A stretch of DNA of 63,410 nt, the filler included, from Craspedostauros australis (taxonomy: Eukaryota): assembly GCA_030167865.1 (NCBI GenBank). It is 4 parts of 4 records of this genome, joined end to end, with 100 filler letters (N's around TTAATTAATTAA, not from the genome) between each part and the next. Parts side by side here need not be neighbours in the genome. Positions count along the whole stretch, not along the records: positions 32,028 to 58,620 come from JALAGF010004789.1; positions 58,721 to 61,667 come from JALAGF010004800.1; positions 61,768 to 63,410 come from JALAGF010004810.1; 1 more part is not named here. One strand, given 5' to 3'. Below the pieces are notes generated by a model. It ran no database searches, had not been told where the DNA came from, and was given only the letters and a program-made list of their open reading frames with translations. Below, piece by piece: positions 56,204 to 63,410 of the stretch (within the stretch, counting starts at the first letter, position 1; each line of letters begins with the position of its first letter). Position numbers and translations under genes: made by a program.

Positions 56204-58591
56204 TTAGAGGAGAGCCTGCATCGCGGATGCGGCCGCGGCCGCAAGCACGATCACTGCCGCCTGTCCATATTGGAGCCGCACGACACCAGATTCGGTTGGA
56301 GCAGAAGTAGGGATTGCAGTAGGGATTGCAGTAGAGATTGCAGTAGGGATTGCAGTAGGGACTTCGGTAGCAACCACAACGCCCGTAGGTGCCATAGATG
56401 CGATTGGGGATGGAGCGTCCGTGAATAGAACGCGACCGGTGCTGGGCATTTGACTTGGAGACAACGTGACATCGACAAAAGTCCTGGGGCATGCTTGGGC
56501 CTTGAATGCATTTGCGAGGCATACAGCAGCTCCGGAGGCTGCAAAGGTCAGCATGGTTGGGCAACCACCGTGGGCCACCGAAGTCACATTTTGGACGAAG
56601 TTGTTCGACACTTCGACGACCGTTGGATTGGGGTTTGCGTCCTGCGAAGCCATGATCATAGCACCGACGAAGGTGCTGTCGATGAAGCATGAATTCTTGA
56701 TGGTGAGTTTTGTGGCGCTCGACATAAATATCGCTTGCGAGCGGCACCCAAGGCAGGGATTGGCAAGGTCAATGTCTGTGCTTGCACCTTGAAAGATGCA
56801 ACCGTCAAAGCTGACCTGCAACCCAAACTGCTCCGAGTATGCCTGGGCTTTGGTCCTGGATGTGGCGACGATTGTGTTATCCTGCGATGACCGAGGCAAA
56901 GCAAAGGAGAGGATCGAGGAGAGCGAGGAATGACGTGAGGCATGACGTTTGCACGAGCCATCGGTGCAGCACACAGCGATGAAGATTGTGGTCAGCGTAG
57001 GAGTGCATACGCGCTTGGCCTCGGGCTGCGCAAGAATTTTGCAAGTTTCGATCGCTGGTGGGGGGCGAGGCAACGGCCTTCATGTACATGGCAACGTTTG
57101 GATCCGATGGTACTTACGAGGAAGGTGCAGTTAACGAAAGAGAGAAAGGCTTCGGTCTCGAGCACGAAATTTCCGTTCTCCCTCCGGGCAGTTGCAAATA
57201 CAACGGATTCTGTCACCATGTCCTTTAAACAGGCACCGCGGGTAGATGGAGGGATGCGCATGGTAGGCAGATGTTGAGCCAGCAACATGCATCGACATAT
57301 ATAGAGAGACAGGCAGAAAGGAAGATGACATATCGGTATTGGTGAGATGCTTGATTGGACGTCGTCTTTCATACGAGTACGCAGAGCGCATTGCAGTTTG
57401 CACTATGGGCGTGGCGTATTCCATGCAGGCGGGCGGGTGAACAGACACAGAGCAGAATAGAGTAGTGATGATGCTCCCATCAACATGTTGCTGACCAGAG
57501 CTACAGGAACGTAGATAGCAAAGTTGGCCACGCAAACAGGATGGACACACAAGTGGTTGCCTCATATTTGTTGTTTCAGCAAGCAATTCTGTCCCGACGC
57601 GTTTTGTGGTAGTGTAACTTACTCTGAAGATGCAGTCGATGAACGTGACGCGCCCTGTGAACCTCATGCTCGAGGCAAGTAGACTGCCCCGGAACGTGAA
57701 GCCTTGGACCGTGATGGTTTCCATTTCTCCGAAGAAGACCGACTGAGCCTCGCCAAGGTCAAAGATGCAGTTGTTTTGGCTTGACCCATCTTCGCCGCAG
57801 AGGTAGTGAGCATTCGGGATGCCGAGGATTGGGGGCTGCAGGGTGAAGATTCCCAGAGAGTAGATGTACGTGTTGAGGGTCTGCACAGTGTTGGGGCAGA
57901 ATACCCATCGCGAGTCTTCGCTCGCGTTGTGGTGGACCGATCTCGACGCGAAAAAGACATCAATCGACCGTTCGAAGCACGGGCTGTCGGGCGTCAAGGG
58001 GGTCGAAGAGGGCTCAAAGGAAAACTCCGAAGCGTCGACTTCTTCGTCAAAAGGAGCGCAGAAGCACGGGTCCCTTGCAAGAAACTGATAGCGCAAACAA
58101 TCATTGCTGTTGAGGAAGGTTCCAGCATCGCGGTGTCTCTCGGCGCAGCCGCGTGCGAGGATGCCGTCGTAGTAGACGCCGTCTTTGTTCTTCATCTCCA
58201 ATCCGGGGCAGCCTTCGCAGAAGGACGTGCATCCGCAAGCGTCTTCGTAGAACCTCGCGTCGGGGCCGAACTCGTAGGCAGTGCACTCCTCGTCGCTGAA
58301 CGCCAGGGTCTCGTTGTAGAGAACCTCGCAGGACAAGGTCTCGTTCTTGTAGGTGAACGTGGCGTTCAGCTTTGTCGGCACCGGAGAAAGCAAGTTGCGG
58401 CAGAGGCTGCACGGGGGCGCTTCTTCGAGACTGCGGGTGGCACCAATGGCGTTGCTCATCTCTTCGCCCAGGCTTCCGCCCATGAAGGCCGGCGCCGCCA
58501 GAGACGGCACGAAGAGGCTGGCTGTCCAGAGCAGCATGAGCATTGCCATGGGGCAAGAGCGTCGCATGGGTTGGGCTTTGAATGGCGCCAT
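56204..58591 (-). CDS. Secreted Cys-rich / beta-helix-like surface protein with PT-rich stalk and GPI-like tail; exons 58591-57623, 57222-57118, 56881-56204
   Basis: Signal peptide, Cys-rich repeats (CSLC..CGC, CEGC..CFC), CGEDGSSQNNCIF and repeated xFxxCxF units. GTAAGT donors and AG acceptors are all phase 0. C-terminus has PTAI repeats and a hydrophobic end. Confidence 0.75.
56306..56361. repeat. 12-bp coding tandem repeat (GTAGGGATTGCA)n, encoding PTAI
   Basis: About 4.5 copies, read directly. Confidence 0.9.
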
Positions 58592-58620
58592 CGTTGTCGT
58601 CTTGTTTGCGTCTGTGCTTT

Positions 58621-58720
58621 NNNNNNNNNNNNNNNNNNNNNNNNNNNNNNNNNNNNNNNNNNNNTTAATTAATTAANNNNNNNNNNNNNNNNNNNNNNNN
58701 NNNNNNNNNNNNNNNNNNNN
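58621..58720. other. Artificial contig join (TTAATTAATTAA linker)
   Basis: Linker at 58665-58676 inside a 100-nt N block. Confidence 0.95.
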
Positions 58721-59115
58721 AGGCAACCCCTCACCAAGCCAAACCCAAAACGACGCGAGGAATCAACGCGGCGCCGAATCTGCCAAAACATCGCCATCCA
58801 CACCGTTCGATGCCATCGCAGTCTGACATCGACCGTCAATGACGTCATCATTTTCGTCCACGACGAGGACAAGTCAGCCAGGTATTTGTGTCGTAGAAGC
58901 TAGCTAAATATATCTAAGCCTATTCGAAAACACGCTACACCGTGTGCTAATAAAGTAATGTTGTCCGATAAAAAATCGGCAGGATCGTACGATCGTACCC
59001 TGAACGGGGTCGTATCGCTCATGTCTGGTGGGAACATACTCTTGGCCATTGCCTTCGGCCAGTGCGAGGTGCCTTTTGGCTTGTATCTTCCTCCTCCATT
59101 ACACACGACTTGCAT
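58721..59115 (-). mobile_element. Degenerate retroelement fragment (possible RNase H region); inverted homologue of 60607-60854
   Basis: The reverse complement of 58721-58922 aligns with 60657-60854, e.g. TTAGATATATTTAG, CTTGTCCTC, GGTCGATRTCAGACT, GTTGATTCCTC. VVCNGGGRYKPKGTSHW resembles an RNase H first motif. Confidence 0.5.
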
Positions 59116-60606
59116 CAGCCCATCATCATGATAATAGTGGAGGTGGTTGTAAGGGTCATAATTTCATAATCTGGGCCTCTCGACCAATCATATCGCTCCA
59201 TTTAGGACACAAGATACCTTTCGGCTCCTCATCGAATTGGGGGTCAACGTCGACATAACGTCAATCGAAATAATTATGGACTCCTTGTCCGCGAATATGA
59301 ACGCTCCTCGGAGACCGTTCATAATTTCATAATCTCTCTGAGGAGTCGTGGTAGTCCAAAATTCGTTCTCAACGGCTACATCGGAGCAAAACTTTGTGCT
59401 CACACCAGATTGATCCGATGTGCTCTACTGCAAATTGATCATTCGTGCCCACCCGTTTCATCGCAACTGTCTGTTGCAATTTAACTCCTTCTTTAGATGC
59501 ACCTAGTGTAACTCTGTATTTATCATCTGATGAACTCCAGCGGATCATATCTTCCCCCACCATCATGACTTCCACCCTCCAGTATCATCGCTGGCACCAG
59601 GCTGCCTTGATTTCTGTCATCTTTGTCATTCTCAAGCATNNNNNNNNNNNNNNNNGCCTCCTCATGTGTGCTGTGGCACACTGCATCCTTGACACCATGC
59701 CAACAAGTGTGCGGAGGGGTCGGTACCTCAGCTCAAGCATCTTCCATCATCAAGCAGTATCTTTCAGGTCTTTGATTTGAGAGTATGGTGACTCCATGGA
59801 GTTCTACGACTTCATTGGGCTTACCAGGCCATCGTTCGATTGATTGGCGTAACTGCTATAGCCTGGCATTGAAGCGTTGCCTGTCGATCCGTGAGACATG
59901 GCGCCACCACGACCATCATAAATTATCTGTTGTAAGTTTGACTACATTGATGTCACTGCCATTGCAATGGAGTATCTGGCTTCCAAGTCAGAATTGTAGA
60001 ACCATTTCTGGTAGGACCTGCCTTCGTTGGAAGGCTGGAAGAGATCTTGGAGGACGTAGGGAGCAATGGAATGGCAGATGCTGAAGTTGAGGCAACGGAA
60101 GAGCACTCTCGCGAAACAGGGACTATGGATGACAATTGTAACCTGACATACGAAGCGATGGCTCTTGAGAAGAAAGCAAAGGAAGATGTGGAATACATCA
60201 ACGATACCCAGAAGCAAAGAAGGTGTGAGTGGGAAGCTACAATGGCCATTTGTATCATCAAAGCATTAACAATGAGACAATAAGCAAGCAAACGATTGTG
60301 CTGAATGCTGTGATGGTTGGGATAGGTACGTGGAGCATTCAATGAATGAAGGAGTGGACACCAGCAGCACAGCCAATAGAGAAAGGAAGACAGAGGGAAG
60401 CAGGAAAGCGACGACGCTTGGAGAGCAGTATGGAGATGAACTGCAGATGGCACGGAGCAACACATACATACATACATACATACATACATACAAACACATT
60501 CATCTGGTATATGGCAGTTGAAAACTGCACTTAGGCAAGACACATGTATTTGTGAATGTGTGAAGCAGCAAGAGATGTGCGACACTGAAGCTGTGAATGT
60601 GTCAAC

Positions 60607-61644
60607 ATACGACCCCATTCAGCGAGGTCNAGCATAATCCTGTCAATGTTGTCCAGTAGGGTTAGATATATTTAGATAGCTCTTACAACACTAATACATG
60701 GCTTGTCCTCACTGTGGATGAGAATGATGCCGTCATTGTTGGTCGATATCAGACTACAATGGTATCCAACAGAGTGGGTAGTGATGTTGTGACAGCTTCA
60801 GTGTCGTGTTGATTCCTCATGTTGTGGACGATTGGGCTCTGTTGTGCGTTTCCTCCCTTGTGCATGTTGTGTCAAGTAGCACAGGGTTGTTTTTGGCATC
60901 CCTACACGTTCACGTCTACATTCACGGCAACAACAGCAGCAGCTTCGCCAGATCGGCTGGCGTACATACAAGACGGCGCGACAGTTCAAGATGAACCGTG
61001 GGTCCACGTGTTTCATCTCCAAGTGGGCCTCGGGCTTTCTGGGCGTCAACCACAAACTTCATCAGACAGGCCAGCTGCAGTCGCCAAAATGCAAGTTCTG
61101 TGCCAGCAACGAGACCACTCAACACGTTCTCCGTTGCCCGGAGCATCAGGAAGCATGGGATGGGGCCACTTCTGGCCTAATCGATTGCATGGTTCAGATC
61201 GGGACCGCCCCAAGGCTGGTTCAGCGCATGCGGGTCGGTCTTGTGAGATGGAGAAGGAATGCACGATCCAACGATGTGCAAAGCATCATCGGGTGGTACC
61301 CCCTCACAATGGGGTTTATCCACGAGGACTGGGCTCTCCATCAGGCCCACTGGATGATGACGCATGAGTGTCGTTACCCAGATGCCAATGCTTGGGCCCG
61401 AGAGATNGCACGATGGATTTGGAGAANCCCGTGGGAGGTATGGCTGGNGCGGAATGCCAAAGTGCATGACNAAGAGATGCACCCCTCGGTCCAGGACCTG
61501 CGACGCAAGGTCCGCCGAATGATCCAGGGTGCGAGTCAGGATATGACCGAAGCGGAGATGCGTTTGTTCCGGGAGGGCCGACATATGTCAGGAATCGGGG
61601 GTACGACTTTGCAAAGATACCGTATTCTGCCGCAGCTCCCATGA
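60607..61644 (+). mobile_element. Non-LTR retrotransposon (LINE) 3' remnant with CCHC zinc finger
   Basis: IGWRTYKTA..FISKWASG, CKFC...ETTQHVLRC (CxxC..H..C), QSIIGW..TMGFIHEDW and WEVWL.RNAKVH are typical of C-termini of non-LTR RT ORFs. Contains ambiguous bases. Confidence 0.75.
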
Positions 61645-61667
61645 GGACTGACTGGAACCGGAATGGT

Positions 61668-61767
61668 NNNNNNNNNNNNNNNNNNNNNNNNNNNNNNNNN
61701 NNNNNNNNNNNTTAATTAATTAANNNNNNNNNNNNNNNNNNNNNNNNNNNNNNNNNNNNNNNNNNNN
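61668..61767. other. Artificial contig join (TTAATTAATTAA linker)
   Basis: Linker at 61712-61723 inside a 100-nt N block. Confidence 0.95.
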
Positions 61768-62703
61768 CCGGATCGCTTGCCAGTCAAGCCTCTGCCTACA
61801 GCTAAAGAACAGCCAACAAGACAACAGCCATTACGTTTGGGCTCTATTAGAAGGCAAAGCACAACTATGGCATTGAAATAGCGTTACGACAACACTGCAA
61901 TAGCCTCGCAATGGCCTCAGGCTTAGTCATATATCCAAGCAANNNNNNNNNNNNNNNNNNNNNNNNNNNGCCACCAAATCGATTCTTCTCGCATTTCGCA
62001 ATTGACTGGCGTGCTCTGAGCAACGTGGAGAAGTACATGATGCATCTCCATCAATTGCAACCAACGCATACCGAGCAACACTCCCGTGGCTTGAACACCG
62101 AGCGCTTTCGAAACAATGAACACAAGAGTGTATTACAACTCAACTCTCTCAAAAGCATGGATTTCTGGAGGCATCGCTCCATTCACATCCTTGCAACCGT
62201 TGATTGTGTAATCCCACACAATTCCAAACCAACGAAAGCATCGACAGGCTATCCTACACTATCCTTCCATACATCTTCCATACATCTCCCATACATCGTC
62301 CAGACGAGCATCCACATCTCAGGTTGGAGCGATCTCTCAGGAGGTCAAACAATAAATCCCGACGGTCGCACACTCACAAAGACTGACGAAAACGAGAAAC
62401 ACTAACGACGACGGCGACGGCGAAGAAGGGAGCGACCAAGCAATTGATCCAAGAGAGAGGGCGACCAAGGAGACGCAGCAGCGGCAGTGCAAGTATCGGT
62501 TGCGTCCACTGAGTGACTGAGTGTGTGCGAGCGACGCCAATCCAGACATTGAACGCATAGATTCAGGTGCATGTGACTGCAACGGCAACTCCAGCTTCGG
62601 TTCCAGCCAGAACAACGCAACCAGCAATACCTCCAGCACATCATCAACCGCACCAACATCAAGATCAATAACAATACTCATACAAGAACAGCATACGTGC
62701 ACA

Positions 62704-63410
62704 ATGGCCATCCCCGAAAGCCCATCGCGAAAGTCGCCCCGCTCTGTGAGTCGTTCACAGAGAGCCGCACCTTCGACGCCCGCCCCCGTGTTCAACACCA
62801 AGCGCAGGCAGAGGAGAACACCGACCTCCCAGGAGCATCGGGAAGCCACACAGCAGCAGCAACGCCGAACCTCGCTGCCAGCCTCGCCTATTCCAAGATC
62901 GAACAGGCGAGAAGTGCTACATCCAGCAACGCCGCCACCTGCCGCGGCAATTCGCAGTGCGCGGCGCAGCTCGGGTTCAATGGTCGCCCACGCTCGATCG
63001 CAGCAGGTCGTAGCGGAGACCCGGCGAAGGAGAAACACGGTGCAGTTCACTCAGATGCCGGATATCTTCGAGTTCCCCATCACTCTCCACGCACCCTGCA
63101 GCANNNNNNNNNNNNNNNNNNNNNNNNNNNNNNNNNNNNNNNNNNNNNNNNNNNNNNCCGAGACGTTGAGGGTCCGATTCTCGACCGTCCAAGTCCAGGA
63201 GATGCAGACCATCTTGGATACCGGCGGCGCCATGGTTCCGTCCGGTGGGGCGCCCTTGTCCATGGGGTGGAATCCGAAGCGCAGATGGGCAGTCTCTGTG
63301 GACTGCGTCGAACATCAACGGCACAGCATCGTCATGCACATGGCCTCATTCAGCGAATCGGCATCGTTGTCGTCCAGCGATTCATCGACAGTGTCATCAT
63401 CATCGTCGGC
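62704..63410 (+). CDS. Partial S/R/P-rich protein with an RVxF / CSRNP-N-like motif (runs off the window, contains an N gap)
   Basis: Hand translation: MAIPESPSRKSPRS...RRNTVQF...[gap]...LRVRFSTVQVQEMQTILDTGGAMVPSGGAPLSMGW. Absent from the ORF track because there is no stop in the window. Confidence 0.6.
   Translation, partial: MAIPESPSRKSPRSVSRSQRAAPSTPAPVFNTKRRQRRTPTSQEHREATQQQQRRTSLPASPIPRSNRREVLHPATPPPAAAIRSARRSSGSMVAHARSQQVVAETRRRRNTVQFTQMPDIFEFPITLHAPCSXXXXXXXXXXXXXXXXXXXETLRVRFSTVQVQEMQTILDTGGAMVPSGGAPLSMGWNPKRRWAVSVDCVEHQRHSIVMHMASFSESASLSSSDSSTVSSSSS

Overview
Eukaryotic nuclear DNA, most likely from a diatom or related photosynthetic stramenopile. The basis is GT-AG introns, bipartite signal-plus-transit peptides with an ASAFAP-like 'AFV' cleavage motif, and a nucleus-encoded PsbU-like protein. 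The window is a pseudo-scaffold of four contigs joined by N-padded TTAATTAATTAA six-frame-stop linkers (~31972, ~58665, ~61712), so synteny across those points is meaningless. I can support about 20 protein-coding genes: SDR, ankyrin protein, FAD monooxygenase, EMG1/NEP1, BCL7-like, HAD-like, isochorismatase, BCD1, two thylakoid-lumen proteins, FEX, hisD, fused leuCD, a TPK K+ channel, a PRKCSH-like protein and two surface proteins, among others. There is also a decayed MATE pseudogene, a ~9 kb CpG-depleted pseudogene/repeat region, a TIR-bounded non-autonomous transposon carrying a LINE fragment, and further LINE remnants. The most striking item is one uninterrupted ORF (45554-47218, minus strand). 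It joins an organelle presequence, a small HTH/Myb-like module, an MJ1316 RNA-end-recognition domain and a C12orf65/mtRF-R-type GGQ peptidyl-tRNA hydrolase, which suggests a ribosome-rescue factor coupled to sensing of cleaved RNA. All family assignments are by eye from remembered motifs; no searches were run.
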